A DNA stretch of 63,954 nucleotides, the filler included, from Dugesia japonica (taxonomy: Eukaryota): NCBI GenBank assembly GCA_001938525.1. It is 6 parts of 6 records of this genome, joined end to end, with 100 filler letters (N's around TTAATTAATTAA, not from the genome) between each part and the next. Parts side by side here need not be neighbours in the genome. Positions count along the whole stretch, not along the records: positions 10,244 to 19,846 come from MQRL01628792.1; positions 19,947 to 28,838 come from MQRL01624612.1; 4 more parts are not named here. One strand, given 5' to 3'. The notes under the pieces were generated by a model. The model ran no database searches and was not told the DNA's origin. It was given only the letters and a program-made list of their open reading frames with translations. Numbering within the stretch: the first letter of the stretch is position 1; each line of letters begins with the position of its first letter. Shown piece by piece: positions 14,230 to 27,776 of the stretch. Made by a program: the position numbers and the translations under genes.

Positions 14230-15329
14230 GTAAGATGGTTATTCAAATCTATACCATTCTGGTTTCCAAGTTTAATTAAAATTATAACTTTTAAAATACT
14301 TTTTTTTAATAAGTTCTTGATATTTATCATTGTGAGCTGTAATTATTTTTTAATGCTTTAAGTTTATCTTTGATTAAATTTAGATATTCTATTATTGTAA
14401 ATTAATGTTTATTAAAAATGTAGTAATTCGTATATTCAGAATTTGTGCTTTGAGCTTAGAAAAAATGTTAAACAAGATAGCTAGAAATAATTATCTAGAA
14501 ATCTTATCGTAATTAGCCTTATTTGGATATTATTCAAATCTTATTTAAAATCTTTTGTGTGAAATTATTTCAGCCATATTCAATTTTATTCATCAAAAAT
14601 TTGAATTGATTATCTATGATATTGTGTCTGAGCGTTATAAATTTAGATTGAAGATATTTTGGATTTCACAACTTGTGGTGAATTTATATCAGTTTCTATA
14701 CTTAAGATCGTTTCATTGTTAATATAAGTTTGGTTACACTTGATTATTTTGTTTAATTTACGTTTGTCCTTTATATATTCAACTGTAGCTTTTAATTCGT
14801 TTAGTGTAAAAACCATTGTTATATTTTTCAATAAATGTTTGAGGAAAAGGAAATTGTTTTAATGATTGGTATATAAGCCCGCCACCTAACAATCATTATT
14901 ATAATATCATGCTTTACAGTTTATGGCAGTTATTTTATTTAATGAATTATGTATTTCCAACTGTATTAGATTTATTGAAGAACAGGAAAAGTTTATAAAA
15001 ATTTAAAGATGAAAAATTAACAAACTATTTCTTAACTTTTCACTAAAAAGAGGTTGATACAGATCTCATAGTAGAAATTATTGTATTAATAAAATTAATT
15101 TTAAATGAATATGAGAAAAGTATATTGGGATTCATTTTAACTTGATTACAAAGAATTTTCTTCAATATGCTTATCGTGATATAAATATTTTTAAAATTTC
15201 CATAAGTATCCCAAGTGCATAATGTCGTTTTCGTAAATAAACTTTTATTTAATTTATTAGATTGGAAAGTAATGTCGATTTTTAAACTAAGATTTATTAA
15301 TTAAATTTTAAACAAATTACTTTCCATTA

Positions 15330-15600
15330 TTTTTTATGACTTTTAACCATTGCGATTTCTCTTGCCGTGGCCAACGGATTTTCTGCAAGCTTAGCCTGCA
15401 AAACCGTATCATCAACGTGCATTATCTATAAAACTTAAATTTCCTCCTCGAAATTTGTCAAACCATCGCTGAACTTTTCAAAGCTGTATTGCATCTGACA
15501 GTACACAAATTTTGTGTTGTCAAAGTGGCGTTACAACCTTTCAGGAATTTGCTTAACATAAAGTGTCACAAAATGCTTTTTGTCACACATTTAGATTTAA
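15330..15600 (-). mobile_element. mariner transposase N-terminal (HTH) remnant
   Basis: KVQRWFDKFRGGNLSFIDNAR and LAENPLATAREIA on the minus strand. Confidence 0.7.
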
Positions 15601-17386
15601 ATATAATACTTGTTTTAAATGAAATAGATCGATAATAGACGTGTTGGGCTTCGAGGCTTTTGATGTTATTATTTAACGATATACACATTCTCTTGATTAT
15701 CCTTTTTCATTATTATGTTACGATCATAGATTATTATGATGTTTTGTTTAAATTAAAGTAAATTAATCTTTTTTCGAATTTTTCATGGAAAATCGGTGGG
15801 TAAAACCTATTTTTTGTTTAACTTAACCAAACATTTAGATAGTTAAGCTAAGTTCTTCTCGGAAAATATTAGCATCAACATTAGTTGCTCCTCGGTCTGT
15901 CTGTTATTAATTCAATGCATGACATTAAATAAATCATTAGATTAAATCATTAAATAAAATCATTACTTATTATCACTGCCATTAAAGAAAAGCATTGCAA
16001 AAATTCCTTAAGTAAAATCATTACATAAAGTTTAAATTTTGATTTCCCAATATATCTGTATTTAAATTTGGCTCCGGGATTGACCATCCTATGTTTAATA
16101 TTGACATATACAAAGGTTTTAATTTGCATTATCAAGAATAATGTCATTAATATTTTTTATATTCTCAAATTTAATAATTTAATTTAATATATATANNNNN
16201 NNNNNNNNNCCATATAGCGTGCTTACATGTAAAACGTTTTCATGCTTATAAAATACTTAAAAGTAAGCAATTGCAAAATGGTTTTTCTTTAACGCGCACA
16301 TGAAAATACTGTGCAAGATTTATAAAGACTTTTTGCACAAATTTTCACATAGTGATGTTTTAAAAATTGTATGTTGTTTATACATTTGTACTGAATATTT
16401 CTTGTAATAAATACCATAAGTTCAAATACTTACTAGTTTTTAATAATATTAATACTACTTATTTCTAATTATTTTTAACATTAGATAATGAAATTTTTTC
16501 AAAAAATTGGTACTGCGCATTAGAAAATTAAGTATGTAAAATCCTGTATATTTCGCACGATATATACACTTGCAAATACGGTAATTATTTATATTGAGAT
16601 ATTTATTTCTTATTCAAATTCGTTAATTAAAACTAATTTTTTGTATGACTAATTTATTTCTCTATTAATCTTATATATAATCTTATATATTAGACTAAGA
16701 ATTCTAAAATGGAAAACACGCATTCGGTTAATTTTAACTGGGAAGACGATGCTCAATATTTGTGTAATTGGACAAAGCAGTTATCTATCAATTATATCTG
16801 ATTTGAAAATATAAATTTATTATTTATTTTATTGAAATTCAATTTTTGTATATTGGTTTTGTTTTTTCTCATTTGTTTCAGATGGTGGTTTCATGAACAG
16901 AATTTATTTCTGTGCTTTAATTAATAAAATTAATAATGTAATGGTTTTATTGTTAAGATTGTGGGATAGCTTTCAATATCTTGGTTACTCTGATAATCAC
17001 AAATTTATATATTATTTTAGAGGGAGTACCAGCGATTTTCAACTACAATAGTAGTAATAAATATTTGGCAGTCGAATCGTCGAGGCTTACAACAATTACA
17101 AAAATTGGATAGATTAGTATCGGTTAGTTTTGATTTCTTATATAGTTTGGATTCTTTGTAAAATATAATTTCCTACCTCATCTAGTCTATTATGAATCAT
17201 CGGTGTTTATGTACATCTCAAACATCCGCAGAAATTTGGTCGAATGTCTTTGTTCTCGATTTTGAAAGAGGTTGGCGCGATGAAATTTATATAGTACTTA
17301 TCGCGTCTCTTTGATTTTGATTTTGTTAGATGAAACAATTTTGACTTTCGGTATGAGATTCTATGGGTTTTGTAGTATGATATTAT

Positions 17387-17757
17387 TGTTGGGTATTTCT
17401 ACTCAACAAAAGATTTTATGGTTCGAAGAAAATATAATATAAGATTTTACGGGTGTTAAATTCTTTATGCGTATGTTGATACAATATTATATATGTGCAA
17501 TATTTTACCGAAAATTATAGATAAAGTAATATATGTGGTTTCCTATNNNNNNNNNNAAAATAACACACCTTTTGAAATACTTTTATTATTTTTGATGTAT
17601 AAAATATACACGTAGCTTAAAACCTTATAGAGCTGATTTTAATTATCAGAAGTACTGCCTCACTTAGAGTTCGGAGCCTTCTTTAATTTAAATGGCTCTC
17701 TTTACACTAAAACTGATTAGTATTTATACTAATCCTACACAGGTAGGTCTGATACAC
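17387..17757 (-). mobile_element. Partial LTR copy 1 (cut by N gap)
   Basis: Highly similar to 18260-18544 and 18669-19047. Confidence 0.85.
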
Positions 17758-18259
17758 NNNNNNNNNNNNNNNNNNNNNNNNNNNNNNNNNNNNNNNNNNN
17801 NNNNNNNATTGAAGAATTAAATAACAATTATAGTAGAAAATCTTTAGCAATCTCATCTCTATTTCCGTAGTTTTCTTATTTTATAATTGGTTACAAATTT
17901 GCCCAGCTTAGTTTAAGAATATTGTATCACAGAGATCATATGAGCTAAATGTAGTCCTGATTGATATCCCGGCAATTAATGGAAGCCTGATTCAAATTTT
18001 GTGACAGTTAATATATTTAACATGCATATATGCTTCATATCAACCGATATTAGTATAACATAATGAATGGATTTCTGTGTTTTGAGAGTCCTTAGATAAT
18101 GCCTGAAATGAATTAATTTTCTGTAAGGTAAGAAAGCAAAAATAAATTTTTGACAATTAAGTCTGAAATAAATTTATAAAACACCTTACTGAAATTCTAT
18201 TGCAAATAATTTATCAATATGATTCTTACTTTTTGATTTAATGTTATTATATGTATATA

Positions 18260-18544
18260 TGTTGGGTATTTCAACTCAACAAAAGATTTTATGGTTCGAA
18301 AAAATATAATATAAGATTTTACGGGTGTTAAATTCTTTTTGCGTATGTTGATACAATATTATATATTTGCAATATTTTACCGAAAATTATAGATAAAGTA
18401 ATATATGTGGTTTCCTATATAAATAAATAAAATAACACACCTTTTGAAATACTTTTATTATTTTTGATGCATAAAATATACACGTAGCTTAAAACCTTAT
18501 AGAGCTAATTTTAATTATCAGAAGTACTGCCTCACTTAGAGTTC
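18260..18544 (-). mobile_element. Partial LTR copy 2 (cut by N gap)
   Basis: Near-identical to copy 1. Confidence 0.85.
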
Positions 18545-18668
18545 NNNNNNNNNNNNNNNNNNNNNNNNNNNNNNNNNNNNNNNNNNNNNNNNNNAACATT
18601 TAAATATCATAGACCATATTATTATGGAGCCTTTAAACATATTTGACCATATTACTATGGAACCTATA

Positions 18669-19448
18669 TGTTGGGTATTTCTACTCAACAAAAGATTTTA
18701 TGGTTCGAAAAAAAATATAATATAAGATTTTACGGGTGTTGAATTCTATTTGCGTATGTTGATACACTAATATATAACTGCAATATNTTACCGAAAATTA
18801 TAGATAAAGTAATATATGTGGTTTCCTATATAAATAAAATAAGATTAACCTTTTTAAATATCTTTATTATTTTTGGTGTATACAAATATATAGCGTACAA
18901 GCTTATACCTTATCGAGCTAATTTTAATTACCAGAAGTACTGCCTCACTTAGAGTTCGGAGCCTTCTGTAATTTAAATGTCTGCTCTTACACTAAAACTG
19001 ATTAGTATTTATACTAATCGTACATGGGTAGGTTTGATACACCTACAATAAAAATTTCCAAATTTATTTTTACATTTCCAATAAAATCAAATATTTTTTT
19101 ATAAAAATAAATTGTTTTTTTCCAAATGTTATACAAAATTAATAAAAATAAAAATAAAATAAAAATTGTTTTTCAAAATAAAATAAAATAAAACAAATAA
19201 ATAAAAATAGAATAAATTTCATAAATTCNNNNNNNNNNNNNNNNNNNNNNNNNNNNNNNNNNNNNNNNNNNNNNNNNNNNAAATAAATAATGTCAGGATA
19301 ATTCAAATTGATAATAATGTCATAATAAATTGAATCTTCTTAGGATATTGGATTTGGGTTGAGTTGATTTGTTTTGGGATTTGATCTGCTTCTGTTGACT
19401 TATATGTTATGTATACTATGTGTATTTTTGTAACTTATAAACTCAACA
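18669..19448 (-). mobile_element. Complete 3' LTR (~780 bp incl. gap) with TGTTG...CAACA termini
   Basis: Terminal inverted TGTTG/CAACA. A minus-strand polypurine tract (AAGGGGG) lies immediately internal at ~19455-19461. Confidence 0.75.
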
Positions 19449-19477
19449 AATGTACCCCCTTACGAAAAGATGCTCCG

Positions 19478-19846
19478 TCATCTTTGTGTTAGTAAAAATC
19501 GCGGGCAGGGCATATCGTGGTATGCTGAAGGTATTTCACTGTCGCACGGTTCATTAAATATACAGGCGGGGAACTCATATTCGGGTCGAATGCTAGAAGG
19601 GGAGTTAGAAGGTTCTCTCGAAAAAATATCTCTAGGGTTATTCATTCTAGACAATATTCGGGCTGGTTGACCTATATGGCTACGACTTTCTTCAGCTATG
19701 GTTTGAAGTCTTCTATGTTCAGTTTCAATGTCAATTCTGGCTTGTCTGGCGTGAATNTGTAAATAGCTGAGGGCATCAAGTTTACTAGGGGTAGAAACGG
19801 AATCTATTTTAAGGGACACAAGTTGGATATTGAAACCATCGGGTAA
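19478..19846 (-). CDS. C-terminal part of an LTR-element ORF ending just upstream of the PPT (function unknown)
   Basis: Open, GC-richer frame running off the contig end; its stop lies ~30 nt from the LTR. Confidence 0.55.
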   Translation of the reverse strand, partial: LPDGFNIQLVSLKIDSVSTPSKLDALSYLXIHARQARIDIETEHRRLQTIAEESRSHIGQPARILSRMNNPRDIFSREPSNSPSSIRPEYEFPACIFNEPCDSEIPSAYHDMPCPRFLLTQR

Positions 19847-19946
19847 NNNNNNNNNNNNNNNNNNNNNNNNNNNNNNNNNNNNNNNNNNNNTTAATTAATT
19901 AANNNNNNNNNNNNNNNNNNNNNNNNNNNNNNNNNNNNNNNNNNNN
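19847..19946. other. Artificial contig-joining linker
   Basis: Same 44N-TTAATTAATTAA-44N structure. Confidence 0.97.
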
Positions 19947-19968
19947 TGTTGATTTTATATTGATATAG

Positions 19969-20083
19969 TTTTCTAGTAAAGTATTGCCGATAGAACTTGA
20001 ACCTAAGTTTATAGGAGTTAGTTCAAATTACCTCGGCGTGGGTATGAACAATCAAGTCTGGTTTTATCGAGAAAACGCAGAGA
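19969..20083 (+). CDS. WDR19: WDR19/IFT144 internal exon (acceptor could alternatively give a start at 19977)
   Basis: VLPIELEPKFIGVSSNYLGVGMNNQVWFY matches the WDR19 motif VEPNFVAVG..HLAVGMNNRAWFY. GTTAGT donor, phase 1. Confidence 0.92.
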
Positions 20084-20379
20084 GTTAGTTTTATATATTA
20101 GTGCAACATTTTCAATTTAATATAATATAATATAATAAATGAAATCATTTTTATTCCACAAAATAAATTATATAACAATTACAGTTAGCTCTCTAATTAT
20201 AAACAATTATTGTTTTTGTTTGATAATGAGAGGGCTTTAATATTGGAGATGTTAGAGTTAAACATTTTAGTTCTTAAAATTGTAATATTTTATATTTTAA
20301 ATTCTAAACACAATATTTAATTAACTAAACAAAAGAATAATGTCGGTAATGAAAGGAATACCATTAAATAGAGGTTCTT

Positions 20380-23300
20380 AAATCCTCCTTAAATAATACT
20401 TTTCTTCAAATTTGTGCAATTAATGAGAAGTGTTGTCGATGAGAAGATAAAATTGTATAATTAGATATTGATATTAATTTCTATCAAATGGTTTTGATTT
20501 GGGATTTTACGTAAAATAAATTACTTATAATATAATATTTAATATAGTTAAGAATAAAATTTTTAGTAATATTAAAACATTAAAACTAAATTCTACATAA
20601 TATTAGGATAACATAACGATTTATTAGCAAGAATTTATTTATACAACACCAACTATTCTTCAAAATTAATATCATCATTGTCCATGATATTCTACAAACG
20701 ATCTCTTGGCTTTCGGATTGGAATTGAAAACTTCATTACATGTTTCTTCACTTTCATTGAATGACTCAAATCGCCTTCCCTTTGATATAAAGTGCTGTAT
20801 TTATCGGAAATGATCGTAGTCATATGAAGCAACGATGGACATCCGACTGCAGAACAATACTATCCAATTCTTCAAACTTGTTGCAAGTCTTTCTGGCATT
20901 ATTCAGCTTTTATAGTTACTTGAATGAATAATATCGAAATTAAATCTTTCTGACATATTTCATAATAGATTTGATTCGAAACCTTTTCCTCTATCTACAT
21001 GAATTAGTTTAGGGGTCCCAAATTTTAAAATCCATTCATTTAAAAGTAATTTCGTAATGGTTTTTATCAACTTGCGATGTGACAGCCTTTAAAATTTGTA
21101 TATTTACTAAATTTATCAATTATAGCCAAATTTTGTTTTTTTCTAGTTATTTTACTCTGAAAAGACTCACGAAAATCAATAAAAATGCTTTGAAATATTT
21201 CATNTGCATTACTTTTAATTATTTCTTTTGTTATGGATATCAATGTTTTACGTTTTTGACCAAATTCTCAGCTTGTTATAATGTATGTGATAGTTTTATT
21301 CATATTTGTAAAATCATTGTTAGTTTGGTTTTGAAAACTCATCGAATCATTAACATCAGAATTCAAATTCATTACAACGATTTATTAANNNNNNNNNNNN
21401 NNNNNNNNNNNNNNNNNNNNNNNNNNNNNNNNNNNNNNNNNNNNNNNNNNNNNNNNNNNNNTTTTTTCTAAAATTAAAAATAAAAACATTTTATTTATTT
21501 ACTTAATTTTCATTAACAATTTACGTCAAAATTTCTAATAACTTTTAAAATTTTATTTATTTCAATAATTTTTATTTATCCTTAAACCAAATATTTGTTT
21601 ATTTAAATTTTTCACATCATGTCTCCAATAATAATTGATATCAATTTTTGGAATGTCGATGGAACAGCAGCAATACCAAATGGCATTCGGTTAAAACAAT
21701 GTCCCATTTTATTCAAAAATGCCGTCTTTAACTTACTATCCTCTTCAAACTCCACATAATAGTATGCATTTCCTAAGACTATTGATGAAAAATATTGTGA
21801 CCCATCTAACGAATCCAGCGTCTCCTCAATATTTGGAATTGAAAAAGCAGATCTAACAGTGTATTTATTTAATAATCTAAGCACATTCTTGTTTCATTTG
21901 ATTCTTTTTTAACACATACAATTTGCAAACTTTTTTATAATACCATTTTCTTCTAAATTATGCATAATTGGTATTATTTTTTCTTCGTAGTATATAGGCT
22001 GCCTTCTAGCTTTCATTAATATCGGTTCACAATCAGTTTCTATTTTATGTTTTAAAATGTCTATTTTACCTTTATCCAGTTTATTGTTCATAAAAATTTC
22101 ATTATATCTGAGAATAATATCATGAATACTATTATCGTCATTTAATTTTAATTTTTTAATTAATTGTTCGCTGCTATTCAAACTAATATTATTTGTTGAA
22201 AATTTAGCTTGAAAATTTAAAACGCTGTCTATTTCAATAAATTTTATTTGTGAAGAATTTAAGATATCGATTTCTATAATTATAAGGGGATAAATATTTG
22301 TAGCAATACAGATTTTGTTAGTACACTTTTACTATTAAATTACATATTTATATCTACCTTATCTATAATATTTAGTGCACTTCCATTTGCGCACAATACT
22401 TTAAATACTTAAATGTTTATCATTATTTGTTATTAAATTTAATATTTTTAATTTTCTTAGTTGTAATTTTACTCATTACGCTTATTTTCGCTCCAGTATC
22501 AAATAATGCATTAAAATAACTTCCATTTAGTTTAATATTATTAAATGGTCTTCCATTAATGTTACAATACATAACTTACAATAAAAAATTTAAGCATACA
22601 TGTATCAGTCAATCTATTTTCATAATTCATGTTTTTAAAAATACATTCGATAATTGAACCATTTTCAATCACATGAATAATATTATGAAAATTATTCAAA
22701 CAATCATCATCACACTCAAACATACTAGTCCTCATATTATTAATATCATATCTTACATGCAATTTATGACTCCTATCATTTCCCTGTTGACGTTTCTCGA
22801 TTCATCGTTGCTAGCATCTATCTCGTTAGTCTCGTTATCATATAGAGTATAAACTTGGTTTCGTTTATTGACAGGATAGCATCTGTTATCTCCATGGTAT
22901 TTGTCATAATTGTAATCTTTAACCTGGTGTTGAATATTCATTCTATTTTTGGTGTCTCCTCAATGGTAACATTTATAATTCAGATGTTCTCTTCGATTAC
23001 AAACAGAACATCGGATATTTGGGCATTCATGGCATAAATGTCCAAATTAATGGCATCCATAACATTATCTGGATTTTTCATTTTTATTGAATTGAAAATT
23101 TTTTCTTTGTTCCCTATGTTCTGGATAAATTTGTCTTGTTTGTCGACGCATTAGATGATGAATTGAAATCGTTGGTTTGTTTAATGTATATTTCTTTAAT
23201 TTTTGAATTTCTGGAATTTGTTCTTGACTATTTCTGTATTTCCAAAGCATTATAATTTAAATTTCTTTGATCATTTAATACACCAGCATATAATTGTTTT

Positions 23301-23900
23301 TGTATCGCATTAGATTTGTGCCACAGTTTTATTCTTATCTGTGCGATGTAAAATATTTTTTATATATTTGCATGGAGTTGAACCTCTCTGTACATTTTCA
23401 GATTCATTTTTAAAATTTTTCCTTTTAACAAATCTTCAATCATTTCATACCTTTGAATTTCTTTCTTTTGTGTTTCACTGTCAAGACAATGCTTCTGGAA
23501 AAATACGATCAATTTAGTGCTGGTTAGTTTATGTCGCATAAAGTTTTTTTCAATTTTTGAAATAAATATATCCACTTAGTCGTTTTCTCTTTTCTAATTC
23601 AGCAAATTGACTAGGCTGTCTGTTAAATCCGGACATTTTGCATTCTTCTTTCATCATCTTCTTCTGTTGCTGTTTGATCAAATTTTAATCTTGACTTTTC
23701 ATCTAGATATGCTCTAATAACAATATTTCGTTGGTTGTTGTCGGGTTGAATCATTGAAAAATATTGTTCCATGTTCTTCAAAAATTCTTCAACATCATCA
23801 TTTACGATGAATATCTTTCGTGAATACCGTGGTTTTAATACAGTTTTTAAAAGATATTTTCTGCTCATATGACAACATCGGCTTCTATATATTGTCTTAG
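20380..23900 (-). mobile_element. Decayed Ty3/Gypsy retrotransposon inside a WDR19 intron (antisense)
   Basis: gag with two CCHC-type knuckles (CYGCH*FGHLCHEC, CSVCNRREHLNYKC at ~22970-23065), protease ALFDTGA (~22490-22510), RT (FSIPNIEETLDSL...FNRMPFGI) and integrase remnants at 20560-21300. Order is PR-RT-IN. Confidence 0.92.
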
Positions 23901-24421
23901 AAGCCAGCAGCCTGGAGGAAATCTATAAAATAACAATATGTGACTAAAACAAATAATTCAACATACCCTGTCATACAGACATGTAATCAGACATAATTTA
24001 TTTATACTGATAATAAAGATGATTTGCCTAAATTGTTCTTTTCTATCTTCCATTTTAAATGTTACCAAATTTGAAAGAAATGCAGTTTTTTGAAATAATT
24101 TTGTTATAGTTGGCTCATTTAAACAACATTAAAACTTTACATGTGTTAAAGTTTAATATTTTAATAAATACTTGAATAATTTTAATTCAATCAAATAATT
24201 GATAAAAAATATGATGACCTTGTGCACATAGTTAATATAATTTATAGCTAATGATTTACTTATTTATATTCAACAAAAATACTTTGTTTACTTTATGAAT
24301 TTGAAATTCCTTTTGAAAATTCAATTTATTGATTTAGTGAAATGTATTGGGTTCTTATAGTTAAATTGTTAATTAATCATCTAATATAAAATATTTAATT
24401 GTTTTCTTTGTTAACTTTCAG

Positions 24422-24528
24422 GTTATCTTTTAATATCAGAACAAGAATATATGAAAACAGTTACTAAATTACAGCTTAATGATAATTATTCCGCTGCTTA
24501 TTATGATGGCAAAGTTATGCTACAGATG
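24422..24528 (+). CDS. WDR19: WDR19/IFT144 internal exon
   Basis: TTTCAG acceptor, GTAATT donor. YLLISEQEYMKTVTKLQLNDNYSAAYYDGKVMLQM is collinear with EYLGTV..I.L...YAAALFEGKVQLH; phases are consistent with the neighbouring exons. Confidence 0.92.
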
Positions 24529-25439
24529 GTAATTTAGTTTCAATTTGTTTTTACATACTTATTTAATTTATTAATTAATTCACTTATTAATCACCACGAT
24601 TTATTTTTAAATATCTGATTTATTAAATTTTTATTGATTGATAATAGAGATGTATAATGAAGATGTGATTTGTCACTTACTGTATTCATTCCAATTGGAT
24701 AGTTTATACATCGATTAAATCAATAATTCTGATTAAATTGCCGATTTAATTTATTTACAATATTTAGTTTGATTCTTTTTTTTTCTTCTCATAAAGTCTT
24801 TGTTTTTATCTTCAATTTTAAGTCTCGATATTCTTAAAGTTCCTCCAAATGCTATTACAAAATTCACAATAACTTATCATAATAATCTACCATACTTTAT
24901 CTAAATCTCAATTTTCACTTTTATTAATTATTTTTTCAAAATCTTAGTAATTTCGATTTTATCTCCTACTCAATTATCTTTGTCTCAATTTTCTTAATTT
25001 CGTTTAAAATTTACAAAATTTCTTTTGTTTTTGTTGATTTTTTGAAATTTTTCCTTGGTTTTAGAATTTTAAAAAATTATTTGTTTTGCCCTTACAATAG
25101 ATTTAATTCTTAGTCTTTAATAGTCAGAGATTTATTACAATTTCCTGTTTCTTCATGTTCTAATTATAACTGTTGTTTTCTAATTCATCTTTTAATTTTC
25201 GTTGATTTCTCTTTTTTATTATTCTAACTTTCTTTTATTCTCGCAATTCATTAAGATAAAATTTAATAAGTTTTATTCTCTTTAAAATCGCTCAAGTTTT
25301 CAACCTAATAAATATAATTATACATATGAAGGTGAATCTCTCTCGCAATGGTTAATTAATTACATACTTACTTTTTCTAAATAATTATTAACATTGATTA
25401 ATTATTTTTTATTAGTTTATTATAAAATAATATTTTTAG

Positions 25440-25568
25440 ATTGAAAACTATCATGAATCTGATGGCAAAGAATCAAAATCCAGAAAACTGTTTCCTGAAC
25501 AAGCTCATATTAATGAATATATTACTAGTTTTGAATTGACTTCCAATTTTTTAATATATTCCACTGAT
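25440..25568 (+). CDS. WDR19: WDR19/IFT144 internal exon
   Basis: TTTTTAG acceptor, GTAAGT donor. IENYHESDGKESKSRKLFPEQAHINEYITSFELTSNFLIYSTD matches IE...RLFP....RI..HALTSDFLIYGTD. Confidence 0.92.
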
Positions 25569-25730
25569 GTAAGTTTTGGTTGGCTTATAATATTAAAAAT
25601 ATGAAAATATAAATAATATTTAATTATTTATTTAATATTTTTTATTTATTTATTATTTAATATTTAATTATTTAAAAATACATTTATAAAGATTGATTTG
25701 AAATTTTAAAAAAATCTTTGAAAAAAATGT

Positions 25731-26588
25731 ACTACTGTGTTTAAAAACATATTAAGCAAAGTAATTTTAAACTCGCGCAAAATTCATAGTCGAAAAAACT
25801 CTTTTCCTTTATGCTGGTTTAACTTTTATTTACATTTGCTATTAATTTCAATTTAATATTTGAAACCTTTTATGTATAGTTTCTTTGTTTATTCGCGTCA
25901 ATTTTTGATCTTATTCAATTTTTAAAATGGGTGATATATTTGAACAAATAAGTTGCATTATATTTCGTGGGGAAAATTAAATTAATTCTACTTAAACGCT
26001 TAAAATGATGAAAAAATCATTCGGTGATCAATCACTTTCGAGAAAAGCTGTATTCAAATGACATAAGCTCATCCAAAAGATTGTTTTAAGCAAAGTAATG
26101 GAAAATCGTCATTTGACTGAAAGAGCTTGTTGAAGTTGTTTGTATTTCAACAGGATCAATTGACGTAATTTTAACTGTTATTTTAGACTTTAAGCGTTTA
26201 GCATTAAAACGTATTTAAAAGTCATTGAATTTTTTGTAATCACCATTCGTGAGTTTCTCCCAAAATATTCAACAAATATTGCTCCGCAAGCATCATATTA
26301 TCCAGATAATTCATCATGAGATTTTTTTTATCCTTTTCAATCGATTAAAGAAATTATTCAAAGGAATCCGATTTAACTCAATGAAATCAATAAAACGAAA
26401 TTCGAAGATTTGCTGATGGAAATTCAAAAAATTGAGTATAAAAAGTCTTTCGAAAATTAAATTCAACATTGGCAAATGTGTATTGTGACGGGAGGGGATT
26501 TCTTCGAAGTTGACAAATAAAATTGGGATGATTAAATAAATAATTCATTTCATTGAAAAACGTCACCTTACTTTTTGAACACAGTGAT
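25731..26588 (+). mobile_element. Internally deleted mariner element
   Basis: LKMMKKSFGDQSLSRKAVFK*HK (HTH) and APQASYYPD (decayed YSPDL). Partial TIR match ACTGTGTT.AAAAA / TTTTTGAACACAGT. Confidence 0.8.
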
Positions 26589-26929
26589 ATTTTATGTGAA
26601 TATATAGATATACGATTTACAATTTTTTTAATTTTATGAAATTTCTTTTGCTATATTCAATTTTTTACTATTTAATTTTCAAAATTAATTAAAATATTAA
26701 AATAATTTTTTAATGGTATTTTAAAAAAAATATATATATATATATATTTATAGACGTTAATTCCTGTCGTCGTCCAGTCGGATTTATTAATTAACTACAT
26801 TCACTAAAAAATCTATTTAAATAAAAAATTTATAGTTTTAATTTTTGTAAATATTTCTAATAGATAAAAAGTTAAATTAAAATTGTTATTATTATTTATT
26901 TAATTATTTAATTATTATTTAAAATAAAG

Positions 26930-27776
26930 CAATAAATTTTTCCCAACTTCGAGGAAGCTGATGAATTCCACGACGAAAAATTCTGCATCTTTGGTGGTGG
27001 ATCAGTCAGTGTCCGATTTTTCAATCTTTTCGAAGGATTGGAAGTGCTGCTCGGTAATGGAGTGNNNNNNNNNNNNNNNNNNNNNNNNNNNNNNNNNNNN
27101 NNNNNNNNNNNNNNNNNNNNNNNNNNGTAGCACTTCCAACCAAAGTTTCTTTAACATTTTCTGGACTCCTTTTGTGACGTGTGACCATGTGTTGTCATAC
27201 AGCAAAATGACTTTTACGTTGCCGTATATTATGATATTTTTCACGCAATCCCTGGTTCAGATGGATTATCTAGTCTCGGTGCAAATTACCTGTAACCATT
27301 TGACCAGGTTTTAACAGCTCACAAGATGCATAGCAGAGTCTTCTTCGCATGAATGTTACTCTTTGGTGTTGCTTTAGTGGGCTAACCAGGGTTACTAATT
27401 ATTTTCCTGCATTTAGTGTTGTCGAAATAAACCTATTTTGCGTCATCATGATTCAGAAAGCATTTCTTTTTTTTGCCGAGAAAGCAAAATTTTACTTATG
27501 GCCTTTTATCTTTCAACGTCTCTAGGCTTGAATTCGTAAAGCACCTATCTCACTTGCTTGCAAACATTTCCCATAGATTTTAAACTTCGATGTATTGATG
27601 ATCGACAAAAAATTATTGACTTAGCAAGATTATTTTGTCTTTATTTTGACCTGTTCTGCTTGTTTTATCAATCTGCTGCAAATGTTCTTGGATGATCAAG
27701 CAAGGTTAGTTAAAAATGTTTGGCTGTTCCTCGATTATTCGACACGGATTTGCTTCCGTTTCAGTCCATAACATAT
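26930..27776 (-). mobile_element. mariner (Mos1-like) remnant
   Basis: KVILLYDNTWSHVTKGVQKMLKKLWLEVL (HDNARPH...WEVL motif) and C-terminal EQHFQSFEKIEK. Confidence 0.85.
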
